Of a stretch of DNA of 64,000 bases, positions 8,838-18,257 are shown in pieces. The notes below the pieces were generated by a model. It had not been told where the DNA came from, searched no databases, and was given only the letters and a program-made list of their open reading frames with translations. This DNA is from Pseudobdellovibrionaceae bacterium. Its GTDB lineage: Bacteria; Bdellovibrionota; Bdellovibrionia; Bdellovibrionales; UBA1609. The stretch lies in contig JAYVPG010000118.1 of the NCBI GenBank assembly GCA_043757545.1, forward strand, positions 17,286 to 81,285, in the 5' to 3' direction. A program made the position numbers and the translations under genes. Numbering within the stretch: position 1 is the first letter of the stretch; the number at the start of each line of letters is the position of its first letter.

Positions 8838-10594
8838 AGAGTCTTTGCCGCGAGTCCAATTCCATCGCGGACGCATTCGGCAGCGCTGCTGGAAGAATTT
8901 TGGATTGAATTCAGAGCCGAAAGCAACGGCGCCCGATCTCCATCAGAGAGTTTTAACACATAGGATAACTCTAGAAGCTCAACTCCGAGGAGCCAGGATC
9001 GCGGCTCCACATTTACCAAAAACCGCTTGGTTAGGGTCGTAAACATGTTTCGCGAAGTCGCATCGCCGGTTGCGCTCTCGCGTAGCGCCCGAACATCTTT
9101 GTAGAGTTTGTAGCGTTCCAATTGCTCAGGCGAAAATCCTCTTTGCGGAATCTTTTTGGCCGGAAAATCCTTCGCTTCGCCGTAGTTTTCTCGATCTGCC
9201 GGACCACCGTATACGGAGGTGACGGTGCAGCCCACGGCCATATCAAACTCACCCCACGCGGGATCAAACAACAGCTGATCAGCATGAGTAACAGTGCAAT
9301 TTGTCCAACTCAAAATGACCATCTGATCTTCATGATATGTCCAAGACGTCACTTGGCCCTCCACGCACACCCCAGAGGCGAATTCAAGCCGAGTGACTTG
9401 ATCTTTTTCAATTCCCAATCCCGAAAGCTGAGCTGGCGAAAATTTTGAAAGACACTGAGTCTGATTTTTCAAAAGACCAAGCGGTGAGGAAAATCCGTGG
9501 GCGTGGCGGGCGCAGCCGTGGCCCTCGAGCTCACGCTGGTCAACGGCGAGTTGAGTGGGGCCGTCCAATTGCAAATAGATAGGGGCCATTTCACCGGCGC
9601 TAGCCGAAAGAAATTTTTTAAGAACGCCCGAGATCTGAAGACCGGAGTTCAGTTGGACGGTATTTACAGTTTCGGCCTCTATCGCAGTTTTTAAGCCGAA
9701 CGCACCACCGCGTCGATAAGATAAGCGTGCGGCCAGTTGCTCGAGCACCGTACCCAGTTGAGCAAAGTTCTCAGTCACAAAGAGTTGAGGCTGTTGCTCG
9801 GTAATATCATAGGAATAATCGACACATTTCACAGAGAGCGGCAGTTTCTTCACATCCGAGCCAAGACAGGCCCGCGATTCGCCAACCGACGAAAGCAACC
9901 CCGCGCCGAAAAGCTTGGGAGACTTAATATCTCCGATCAGTCCGTATTCGGCTGTCCACCAGTTCATGCGGGAGAGCAGCGCAGCCTCAGAAACCGAGCG
10001 CATCGCTCGATTGATTTCACTTAAACTTTGTTCGGCATCTGCAATGTCCGCGGATGTCGAGCGAGGATCTTCTTTGATATCGCTGAGGACGCGAATGGCC
10101 TCGTACTGATCCATGTCCTGTTTGCTAATGATCGATCGTCGTGCAACTTCACCGTACTGACGCAAATAAGCGGCGTATTCGGGATGAACAAGAATCGGCG
10201 CATGGCCAGCAGCTTCATGCACGATGTCTGGGGCGGGAGTATAAAGCAAATGATCCAGAGTTCGCATATCACTTGCGATCGGCAGAACGCCGATAGATTG
10301 GAACTCCATAAACGCAGCGGGTGGAATAAATCCACTGACCGGAACAGCGCCCCAGCCAAATTTTTCCAATTCCGCGTCGATATCTTCAATGCGTGGTATC
10401 GACTCCACCTTTAAACCCGTTTTGCGCAGACCTTCAAGATAGCTTTCGTGACCATGCTCAGATAAGAAGTTTTTTAATTGGCGCATAATGTAGCGCCAAA
10501 CCGCCTGGTCCTCTGCCGTGTAGCGAGAGTAGTCCTGATCGACGATATACCTTTGCAAATGCGCGGGAATTTTTCCGTGAGTGGAGGCCGTCAC
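8834..10594 (-). CDS. phhA: Phenylalanine 4-hydroxylase / aromatic amino acid hydroxylase, long form
   Basis: YTPAPDIVHEAAGHAP iron-binding motif, WWTAEYGL, GAGLLSSVGE, DITEQQPQLFV. Confidence 0.85.
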   Translation of the reverse strand: MTASTHGKIPAHLQRYIVDQDYSRYTAEDQAVWRYIMRQLKNFLSEHGHESYLEGLRKTGLKVESIPRIEDIDAELEKFGWGAVPVSGFIPPAAFMEFQSIGVLPIASDMRTLDHLLYTPAPDIVHEAAGHAPILVHPEYAAYLRQYGEVARRSIISKQDMDQYEAIRVLSDIKEDPRSTSADIADAEQSLSEINRAMRSVSEAALLSRMNWWTAEYGLIGDIKSPKLFGAGLLSSVGESRACLGSDVKKLPLSVKCVDYSYDITEQQPQLFVTENFAQLGTVLEQLAARLSYRRGGAFGLKTAIEAETVNTVQLNSGLQISGVLKKFLSASAGEMAPIYLQLDGPTQLAVDQRELEGHGCARHAHGFSSPLGLLKNQTQCLSKFSPAQLSGLGIEKDQVTRLEFASGVCVEGQVTSWTYHEDQMVILSWTNCTVTHADQLLFDPAWGEFDMAVGCTVTSVYGGPADRENYGEAKDFPAKKIPQRGFSPEQLERYKLYKDVRALRESATGDATSRNMFTTLTKRFLVNVEPRSWLLGVELLELSYVLKLSDGDRAPLLSALNSIQNSSSSAAECVRDGIGLAAKTL

Positions 10595-11556
10595 AAATAG
10601 GGTTCCTTATCGCGCAAATAATTTTTCACGTAATCGGCGACGCCTTTTTCCAAGGGCCATTGGGGCGAGGACAGTTGTTGCCCGAGCAATCGGTCCATTT
10701 TGGCTTCGGTGAAATACTGATACTGACCGCGAATATTTTCAGGAACTTCAATCCAATCGATGAGCATGGGTTTTCCCATTCCCAAGAACGTACCTTTGGC
10801 CAAATCGAGCCACGTGCGCGCTTGACCAAATCCCATATTGTAAATTCCCGAAGCGACGTTCGAATTATCAAGAATCTCACGCATCCAGCGCGTGATATCT
10901 TTGACATAGACGAAATCACGGAGCTGTTCACCGTCCCGGTAATCAGGATTATGTGATTTGAACAAACGTAACTTACCAGTATTTACGATCTGGTTGTAAG
11001 CCTTAAACACCACGCTGGCCATGTCACCCTTGTGATATTCATTGGGACCATACACGTTAAAGAAACGCAGACCATACCAGCGTGGTGGAGTCTTGGACTG
11101 CGCAAGTGCCCAGATATCAAACTTCAACTTGGACCAGCCATATAAATTCAGCGGAGTAAAATCACTCGGATTTCGCGCATCGTCGAATCCCAGCTTTCCA
11201 TCACCATAAACTGCGCCGCTGCTGGCATAGATCAACGGAACTTGCGCACGCGTGCAGTACTCAAAAACTTTTTGCGTATACTCGACATTGTTTTTTCGCA
11301 AATAGGTTTCATCGGTCTCGGTAGTGTTCGAGCACGCACCCATATGCAAAACGCCACGCACATTCTTGGCGGTCTCTAGAAATTTAAAGAGATCATCGGC
11401 CTTTACGAACTCTTTATATTTGCGATTTTTCAGCAAGCCAGGATTTTTTTCAGGAGGGATGTGGTCGACCAGAACTAGATCGGTAAGACCCTGTTCATTA
11501 AGCTCCCAAACGAGAGCGCTGCCTATAAATCCTGTAGCACCAGTGATAATCCACAT
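10591..11556 (-). CDS. hldD: ADP-L-glycero-D-manno-heptose 6-epimerase
   Basis: ITGATGFIGS, HMGACSNTTE, YASS, PLNLYGWSK, LRFFNVYGPNEYHKGDMASV, YQYFTEA. Confidence 0.92.
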   Translation of the reverse strand: MWIITGATGFIGSALVWELNEQGLTDLVLVDHIPPEKNPGLLKNRKYKEFVKADDLFKFLETAKNVRGVLHMGACSNTTETDETYLRKNNVEYTQKVFEYCTRAQVPLIYASSGAVYGDGKLGFDDARNPSDFTPLNLYGWSKLKFDIWALAQSKTPPRWYGLRFFNVYGPNEYHKGDMASVVFKAYNQIVNTGKLRLFKSHNPDYRDGEQLRDFVYVKDITRWMREILDNSNVASGIYNMGFGQARTWLDLAKGTFLGMGKPMLIDWIEVPENIRGQYQYFTEAKMDRLLGQQLSSPQWPLEKGVADYVKNYLRDKEPYL

Positions 11557-11596
11557 GCACGGTAAAATAGGCGATTTTAGGCTCGCCCGCCAAGCT

Positions 11597-13444
11597 TTAA
11601 ATGTCTTCGCGATATCCGTGCACAACGGAAAGAAAGCTGCGCACGATGGGCTGAGTTTTTAGGTTGGCAGAGTCACGTTTTTGATGGCCAGGTGGGGTAA
11701 AATCGGGATTTAGGGTCTGCGCGGTGATCAATTGCTCAATGGCCATTTGGATTTCGGCGTCAGAGAGTCCTCTTCGGCGGTAGCGCAGGATCTCATCCAC
11801 AATGTGAATCAGGGCGTTGCCGGTGACGCGGCTTTCATTATTTATGGTGGCGGCGCGAGTTTTCATAAGGCCCAGGGTTTTGCCCCAGGTGACGGGGGTC
11901 GAAACCTTTTTCACCACACGCATGTAAAGCTGCTGCCAGCGAGTAATCTTTTTGCGCATCTGATCGCTCAGCTTGCGATCTTTGACCACGGCCTGTGAAG
12001 ACAAAATCCAACCAAAAAACTCTTTGCTCTCAGTCATCGGGGTCAGTTCGAACGGCAAATCCACCAAGTAGCGAGGCATGAGTGCCAGGGCCACGCGCAT
12101 ATTGAAGATCGCGGGACGGTGGACGCCATCGGCCACTTTTTTTAATTTGCGATGAGTCTTAGTCCGCTCCAAGTAGGAATGAATCGAAAAGAAGGATTCC
12201 ACGTCTTTGCGATGCTTATTCAACAAAATACGGCGCAACGGCTCCGGAAATCCAACTTGATATAAAAAACGATCCAAACAATGAAAACGAAAATGTTTGT
12301 CGAACTGCCGCATAACACTGGTATTAGAAAAATTCCGCCACGGCTTTTTGGTTCCGGTATTTAAAAAGTCCACCAGTTGCGCAAACGTTTGCACGATGTC
12401 ACGCGCCTTTTGCCGCTGCTCATTTAAGTTGGTGCTAAATCTTTCGACGTCGTCATAACGATATTGATCATGGCGCAAACCAAACTGGCGCACGCTTCCG
12501 TAGTCGATGATTCCAGCGTCCGCCAAAACGTTGTCGCCATCCCAATCTAACCACGCAAAAATATAGTCGCGGTCAAGATAAGCCACAAAGCGTGCATAGG
12601 AGTGCGCAATCTCCTCAAGCATCTTGCTGTAGCGATCCTTGTCTTCAAGTTTAATATCCCAAACCTTATTGGCGCGCTGACGATCAATTAAATAGTCTGC
12701 CGAGCGTTTTAAGGGTTCAATTTTTCCCTGTTTCAAATACAAGAACAAATGCGCGGGCCGAATTAAATTCGGAGCTGCACGCACCCCGATCCCCACTCCC
12801 TTACCCAGATCCACGATCGCCAGTACGCGCTCGGTAGGAATTCCGTTGCGGTGAAATACCTCGGCTAAGATCGCCGCGCCAAACAGCTCGTCAATTTCTG
12901 CCATTCCACAGCCATAGCCAAATTTTGTATTTCCAGACTTCAAAGGTTCACCGGCCTGCACAACTCCCGGTGCAAGGGCGGTCACGCCGGTCCCGCGACT
13001 CGAAACATCCCAAACATGTCCCTTCGAGGCGACAACGCCGTTCCAAATGCATCGACCGTCACCGCTAGTGCGCCCAGATTTATCAGTGTGTTGCAACTGC
13101 AAGTAGCGAGTTGCCATGTACGGTTTTGGTTTCAAAGTTTGCGCGGAGAAGCGTGTCTTATGCTGTTGATCGTACTCATTGATGATGCGCAGGCAAAAGG
13201 TACTCAGCACAGCATCGGTCAGTTTTTTATTCATGCGCTGCGGATGATCTTTGGGAATCAATCCCATTTCTTTCGCCAAATCAAAATTGAAATAGGAAAC
13301 TTTGCCGCCAGAGAGCTTGCGCACAGGATATAAAATAAGGCCTTCCGGTACACACTCCTGCCAAGGATGGCGTCCGTCCAGTTGCTGAAAAGCGCTGTAA
13401 TCGTCTTCGACTTTGCTTGGTCGAAATGCTTTTGCTGCTTTCAT
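11597..13444 (-). CDS. SelO/YdiU-like pseudokinase-fold protein (putative AMPylase), divergent
   Basis: GDGR, RGTGVT, GIPTERVL, DGDNV..IDYGS match the SelO motif order. Confidence 0.65.
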   Translation of the reverse strand: MKAAKAFRPSKVEDDYSAFQQLDGRHPWQECVPEGLILYPVRKLSGGKVSYFNFDLAKEMGLIPKDHPQRMNKKLTDAVLSTFCLRIINEYDQQHKTRFSAQTLKPKPYMATRYLQLQHTDKSGRTSGDGRCIWNGVVASKGHVWDVSSRGTGVTALAPGVVQAGEPLKSGNTKFGYGCGMAEIDELFGAAILAEVFHRNGIPTERVLAIVDLGKGVGIGVRAAPNLIRPAHLFLYLKQGKIEPLKRSADYLIDRQRANKVWDIKLEDKDRYSKMLEEIAHSYARFVAYLDRDYIFAWLDWDGDNVLADAGIIDYGSVRQFGLRHDQYRYDDVERFSTNLNEQRQKARDIVQTFAQLVDFLNTGTKKPWRNFSNTSVMRQFDKHFRFHCLDRFLYQVGFPEPLRRILLNKHRKDVESFFSIHSYLERTKTHRKLKKVADGVHRPAIFNMRVALALMPRYLVDLPFELTPMTESKEFFGWILSSQAVVKDRKLSDQMRKKITRWQQLYMRVVKKVSTPVTWGKTLGLMKTRAATINNESRVTGNALIHIVDEILRYRRRGLSDAEIQMAIEQLITAQTLNPDFTPPGHQKRDSANLKTQPIVRSFLSVVHGYREDI

Positions 13445-13535
13445 AACCCTCTAGATTCTCTTCGGAAGATCAATCCCCAGACCTGAGTCTCTTGAGTGTC
13501 AAATCTCATATATTGTTGGAAAAGGTATGCTGTAC

Positions 13536-14729
13536 CTAAAACCGGACCATTGTGAAGCCACCGAGGGGTGACGCGAAGTTGGTGACTTGGCCTTGATAGA
13601 TGCGGGCGACTGCCAGTTGAATCTTGTCGGCGTAGACGTAGAAGCGTAGATCGAACTTCCAGTTGGTCAAAACACTGCGCGGATCATCGGTCGGCATCTT
13701 TTGCGCGGGAGAAAACTGCTGAATCAGGATGTCCTCTTGCATCAGTCGCTCGAAAACTTTTCGCGACACGCTTTCGCCGCGATAAACCGATTTCCCGCCA
13801 TGCGAACGTTTAGGTTTGAAGAAAAGATTTTTCCGTTGTGCCCAAATTTCCTCGGGCGATCCAAAGGCATCTTTCTCAAATGTCGGAATCAAAATTTTCT
13901 CGATGTCGGCGATCTCCTCGGGAGTGGCGCCGGCGGAAATCAAAAATCCAGGGGTTGTGAGTTGAATTAATCGCTGCTTATCAGCTAACAGCCAATATTC
14001 GCGTGGATTCGGAGAGATACACGCCGCGCCGGCTACAAATGCCTCACGCAAAGAAACGTGTTGCGGATCTTCCAAATAAAAATCGGTGAGTCTATTATAA
14101 ACTAAATCAATACGTGGGCCCCAGGGCGTGCTGAGTTTGCCGTCGGTCATTTTAAAGTCGCGGGCCTCGCAGAGCTGAGCGCCCCATCCCTGCTCGCTGA
14201 ACCAGTCTCGGTACATTAAAAATTCACCGTACATTTTCTGCTCGGGGATATCCTCGTCACTAATCGCGATTTGCGGAGTGGCCGACGCCTGACCCCAGAG
14301 CTTCAATTCATCGATAAACGACTGACGCAGTTTGTGCAGAGGTAAATAATCGGCCGGATTTGTCTCAGAATGAGTCATTTCCATTAGACTCGAAAGCATA
14401 AATCCCGAGGCATTGGTGTTTACCTCGACTAAAAAGCAATCGCCGAACTCATTGGTGTGAAAATCATAGGCCATCAACACCGATTCATGGGCCGTTTTAT
14501 TGTCGGAAACGCCTGGAATGGGCTCGAGTAGACCGGCATAGGCATCACGTCGCGAAACCCTGTGCAGAGCGGCGATCGCGCGCGAGGCACGCGATAAAAC
14601 ATTCTTTGGTAACCGCACCTCTAACGGCGAAACCAAATGATCCCACGTCAACGGTGGAATCTCCCCTAAGCTTGGAAAAAGCTTAAGGGCATTCTGCTCC
14701 AGTTTTTTATAGAAAAAATGGTAGGACAA
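13536..14729 (-). CDS. Circularly permuted ATP-grasp ligase (glutathione-synthetase/glutathionylspermidine-synthetase-like fold)
   Basis: YDFH..LVEVNTNA, DLVYNR, PNP..LADK, FFKP..GGKSVYRG, FDLRFY, ARIYQGQVTNF..GGF; TTG start 3 nt after ahpC. Confidence 0.7.
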   Translation of the reverse strand: MSYHFFYKKLEQNALKLFPSLGEIPPLTWDHLVSPLEVRLPKNVLSRASRAIAALHRVSRRDAYAGLLEPIPGVSDNKTAHESVLMAYDFHTNEFGDCFLVEVNTNASGFMLSSLMEMTHSETNPADYLPLHKLRQSFIDELKLWGQASATPQIAISDEDIPEQKMYGEFLMYRDWFSEQGWGAQLCEARDFKMTDGKLSTPWGPRIDLVYNRLTDFYLEDPQHVSLREAFVAGAACISPNPREYWLLADKQRLIQLTTPGFLISAGATPEEIADIEKILIPTFEKDAFGSPEEIWAQRKNLFFKPKRSHGGKSVYRGESVSRKVFERLMQEDILIQQFSPAQKMPTDDPRSVLTNWKFDLRFYVYADKIQLAVARIYQGQVTNFASPLGGFTMVRF

Positions 14730-14732
14730 CGA

Positions 14733-15254
14733 TTAGGCGCCGACGAACTTTTCGCCTTTTTTCCATCCTGCGCCACAGAGTTCACCAGTCTTCAAACCTT
14801 GCAGCACACGCAAAATTTCTTTGCTGTCGCGGCCAACGTTTAAATTGTGAATGCCCATGTATTGAATGCGGCCTTCGGGATCGATGATGAAAGTTCCGCG
14901 GGTGGCGATGCCTTTGTCCTCAAGCAAAACTCCGTAATCGCGTGCCACACGTTTGGTGACATCACCGATCAAAGGATAGCCCAAATTGCCAAGGTCATCT
15001 TTGATCCAGCGGCGATGCGCGTGAACGCTATCAATCGATACGCCCAAAATCTCTGCGCCTTCTGCCTTGAATTCTTTGACGCTGTCGCGGAATTGCGTGA
15101 GCTCAGTCGGGCAGACAAAAGTAAAATCCAAGGGATAAAAGAATAAAACGACCCATTTGCCCTTGTAATCGGCAAGGTTCACATCTTTGAAATCACCACC
15201 ATCAACAACAGCAGGTGCAACAAACTGCGGAGCGGGTTGACCAATCATCGGCAT
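14733..15254 (-). CDS. ahpC: 2-Cys peroxiredoxin (AhpC/TSA)
   Basis: FYPLDFTFVCPTE and resolving GELC; AGGAG RBS before ATG 15254. Confidence 0.92.
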   Translation of the reverse strand: MPMIGQPAPQFVAPAVVDGGDFKDVNLADYKGKWVVLFFYPLDFTFVCPTELTQFRDSVKEFKAEGAEILGVSIDSVHAHRRWIKDDLGNLGYPLIGDVTKRVARDYGVLLEDKGIATRGTFIIDPEGRIQYMGIHNLNVGRDSKEILRVLQGLKTGELCGAGWKKGEKFVGA

Positions 15255-15332
15255 TGTAAGACTCCTTTTGAACGCGGAATTATGAAGCTCTAGGTTTGCC
15301 ATGTTATCGTGCGATACGGAAGGAGAAGTATT

Positions 15333-16100
15333 TTGAAAATTATCACGTGGAATGTGAATGGAATCCGCTCTGTCGTACAAAAGGGTTTTCAGGAGTTCTG
15401 GTCGCAACAGAGTCCTGACATATTTTGCGTGCAAGAAACCAAGGCTCATCCGGATCAGCTACCCGATGACCTGACTTCACCTCCCGGATACAAGGGTTTT
15501 TGGTCCGCTGCGCAACGGCCCGGTTACTCGGGAGTCGCCACGTTCACTAAGAAAGCTCCGTTAAGCGTCGATTACGGAATCCAGATCGCCAAATTTGACG
15601 CAGAGGGGCGGATTGTCGTCACTCATTTCAAGAGCTTCTCCCTCTATAATATCTATTTTCCAAATGGTGGTTCGGGCGACGAACGTCATCAGTACAAGCA
15701 GGAATTTCTCAAGCGCCTGCAATATCACCTGAATAAAAAAGTGCAGGCCGGGGAGAACATCATTGTGGTGGGTGACTATAATGTCGCCTACCTGGATATC
15801 GACGTTTACAATCCAAAAGAGCTTGCCACCGAGAGCGGCTTTTTGCCTGAAGAGAGAAAATGGATGGGGTCGTTTTTGCAGACTGGATTTGTGGATGGCT
15901 TTCGCCATTTTCATCCCGACGAACCAAATCGTTATAGCTGGTGGTCGTACTTTCAGAATGCGCGTATCGGGAACCGAGGATGGAGGATCGATCACATCTG
16001 TGTCTCGAAGGGCCTTGCGAAGAAAATGAAGTCAGTAGATATCTTGGATCAGCAAATGGGGAGTGACCACTGTCCGGTTGTGATGGAGATTGATTTGTAA
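15333..16100 (+). CDS. xth: Exodeoxyribonuclease III
   Basis: ITWNVNGIR, QETK, GYSGVA, GDYNVA, GWRIDH, GSDHCPV; AGGAG RBS and TTG start. Confidence 0.93.
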   Translation: MKIITWNVNGIRSVVQKGFQEFWSQQSPDIFCVQETKAHPDQLPDDLTSPPGYKGFWSAAQRPGYSGVATFTKKAPLSVDYGIQIAKFDAEGRIVVTHFKSFSLYNIYFPNGGSGDERHQYKQEFLKRLQYHLNKKVQAGENIIVVGDYNVAYLDIDVYNPKELATESGFLPEERKWMGSFLQTGFVDGFRHFHPDEPNRYSWWSYFQNARIGNRGWRIDHICVSKGLAKKMKSVDILDQQMGSDHCPVVMEIDL

Positions 16101-16576
16101 TGATACGAATAACGTTTCTGACATGGTTCATCGCATTTGCCACACCCGCGTTCGCGGCAAATGGTGGTGGAGACCCGACTTGCGCCAAAGCTTACATCAC
16201 GCTGCGCAAAGGACCGGGCAGCCAGTTTCCGATCTCGTGGCGGGTCGCTCGCTTTATGCCTTTTCTAAAATTGGAAAGCAAAAATGGATGGGTCAAAGTG
16301 CAAGATTTTGAGGGTGAAACCCACTGGGCTCAGTCCCGCGACTTAAGCACAAGTATCTCCTGCGTAGTGATTCGTTCGACCGTTGCGACCTTACGTAGAG
16401 AACCGTCGACAACCGCGCCTATGGCGGATCTTAAAACCTTAGATCGCTACACTCCGCTGAAGAAAATCGAGTCCAAAGATGAGTGGGTCAAAGTCGAAGA
16501 TGAGAGCGGTCGGCAGGCCTGGGTTCATGGCTCCAATATCTGGCGACCGGTTCGCGTTCAGTCCTTTAATTTCTAA
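16100..16576 (+). CDS. Exported tandem bacterial SH3-domain protein
   Basis: Signal peptide; LRKGPG..WVKVQD and LRREPS..WVKVED..WV. Confidence 0.8.
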   Translation: MIRITFLTWFIAFATPAFAANGGGDPTCAKAYITLRKGPGSQFPISWRVARFMPFLKLESKNGWVKVQDFEGETHWAQSRDLSTSISCVVIRSTVATLRREPSTTAPMADLKTLDRYTPLKKIESKDEWVKVEDESGRQAWVHGSNIWRPVRVQSFNF

Positions 16577-16671
16577 AGTCGCTGGACTGACGTCGCGATG
16601 CACCATAAATTGTAAGATGCTTTAAGAAATCTGCTTGCAAAGAGCACAGGGGTAGTGTGTAAATAGTTCAG

Positions 16672-16710
16672 TTCCAATTTGGCACCTGTCGGGAAGATGG
16701 TGCATTGGAA
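16672..16710 (+). promoter_or_regulatory. Hairpin in the probable dksA 5' leader
   Basis: TTCCAAT/ATTGGAA and GCACC/GGTGC stems. Confidence 0.4.
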
Positions 16711-16733
16711 AAAGTTAAACATGTTGGGGGGAA

Positions 16734-17114
16734 ATGAACATGTCCAGCTTAAGCAGAGACCTGATCGAGAAGTGCAAAACCAAACTTATCAACGCCAAGG
16801 CCGATCTTCTGAACCGCGTTCGTGAATCACGCGCAGATCTGCATAACGCCGATGACAATAAAGGTGGAGACGAGGGCGATCAGACCCTACGCGCCCTAGC
16901 TGAAAGCGAATTCCTAAGCATGCACGAAAGACTGCGCAAGCAGCTGCTCGAGATCGAGTCCGCATTGGCTCGCATCGACAAAGGCCTCTATGGCATTTGT
17001 GAAGAGACTGAAGAGCAAATCGAAGCTGAGCGCCTAATGGCGATTCCGTGGACCCGCCTGAGCATTGAGGGCGCTGAGATCCGCGAGAGCATTGGTAAAA
17101 AGTACGCTCGCTAG
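16734..17114 (+). CDS. dksA: DksA/TraR-family transcription factor (single Cys, no C4 zinc finger)
   Basis: DEGDQT coiled-coil tip, IESALARIDKGLYGICEET..ERLMAIPW. Confidence 0.8.
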   Translation: MNMSSLSRDLIEKCKTKLINAKADLLNRVRESRADLHNADDNKGGDEGDQTLRALAESEFLSMHERLRKQLLEIESALARIDKGLYGICEETEEQIEAERLMAIPWTRLSIEGAEIRESIGKKYAR

Positions 17115-18167
17115 TTAAGTCTTTGTAGATGGCGGCTGACTTTTAATGGTCCAGCCGCAGAGTTTGTAAAGCAGTCGCGAGCCCACGTTACCGTCCCATT
17201 CGTCGTTCTCATCTTCAGAGGGAGCGACCTCATTCAGATCAAAACCTACAATCTGCTTTCCGCTTTCGACCAAAGTGCGGAACAGGTAATTCGCTTGATC
17301 AAAACTTAAGCCCCCAGGCACCGGAGTTCCCGTATGTGGGCAGTACTCGGGGCTAAGGCCATCGACGTCGAAGCTGACATACACTTTTTCCGGCAGGTCG
17401 GCCACGATGCGCGCGCAGATCGAAGACCATGTTTCTCCCTCGAAAAGGGCGCGTTTCAGGTTGAGGTCGAAGAACGTCTGAATCTCATCCTTCTTTTGAA
17501 TGAGATCATATTCATCTTGCGAAAAATCGCGAATCGCCACTTGCACCAGTTTTTGTGGCTTCCAGGACGCATGCATCACATTGTTCATGATCGAGGCGTG
17601 TGAGCGCTCGAATCCTTGATATTGAAAGCGCAGATCGGCATGTGCATCTATATGTAAGATGCCCACTTCACCATTGGTTGCCTCACTGACGGCGCGGATA
17701 CAGCCTTCTGGTGACGAGTGATCGCCGCCCAGAACTGCAGGGATTTGTCCTCTGGCGAGGATCTGAGCGGCTTCGGCGTGCACCCATTCTGTCATGCGGG
17801 CACAACCGGCATTGATCTCTGCCAACGTTTTTTTCATCGTCGCACTGAGCTCGCTTGAGGTTTCGAGTGCGTCGCGCACTTTCAGCGCCTTCGGCTTCAG
17901 TTGATCGTTCAATTCTTGAATCGCGCCGGGAATCTCGAGCAGGTGATAGCCTTGTTCGAAAGCCTTGCCCAACTCGAGATCAAAAAGGTCGATCTGGGGT
18001 GAGGCTTTCCACACACATTCGGGACCCTTCGAGGCGCCCGAACCATAGGACGTCGTGACCTCCCAAGGCACCGGAATAATCACAATTTTCGCTCTTTTTA
18101 GATCCGTTGGAATCCCAAATAGACCGGTTTTATAAGAAGCCGTCCCAGCCGAGTCAAAGGTACTCAT
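17115..18167 (-). CDS. speB: Agmatinase (ureohydrolase family)
   Basis: LGGDHS, HIDAHADLR, SFDVDGL, TGTPVPGGL, DLNEV. Confidence 0.85.
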   Translation of the reverse strand: MSTFDSAGTASYKTGLFGIPTDLKRAKIVIIPVPWEVTTSYGSGASKGPECVWKASPQIDLFDLELGKAFEQGYHLLEIPGAIQELNDQLKPKALKVRDALETSSELSATMKKTLAEINAGCARMTEWVHAEAAQILARGQIPAVLGGDHSSPEGCIRAVSEATNGEVGILHIDAHADLRFQYQGFERSHASIMNNVMHASWKPQKLVQVAIRDFSQDEYDLIQKKDEIQTFFDLNLKRALFEGETWSSICARIVADLPEKVYVSFDVDGLSPEYCPHTGTPVPGGLSFDQANYLFRTLVESGKQIVGFDLNEVAPSEDENDEWDGNVGSRLLYKLCGWTIKSQPPSTKT

Positions 18168-18257
18168 TTGCTTTCATCTCCTCTTGATAATCCACTTGAG
18201 TTGTATAAATTGGGAACGCCTAAAAGCAAACGGCTTTATGCACAAAGTTAACGACAT

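Noticed and set aside
8834-10594. PhhA about twice the length of the proteobacterial enzyme
   Set aside because: Long-form aromatic amino acid hydroxylases are already known in several bacterial phyla
15255-15449. N-terminal extension of AhpC
   Set aside because: Antisense to xth; a good RBS precedes ATG 15254
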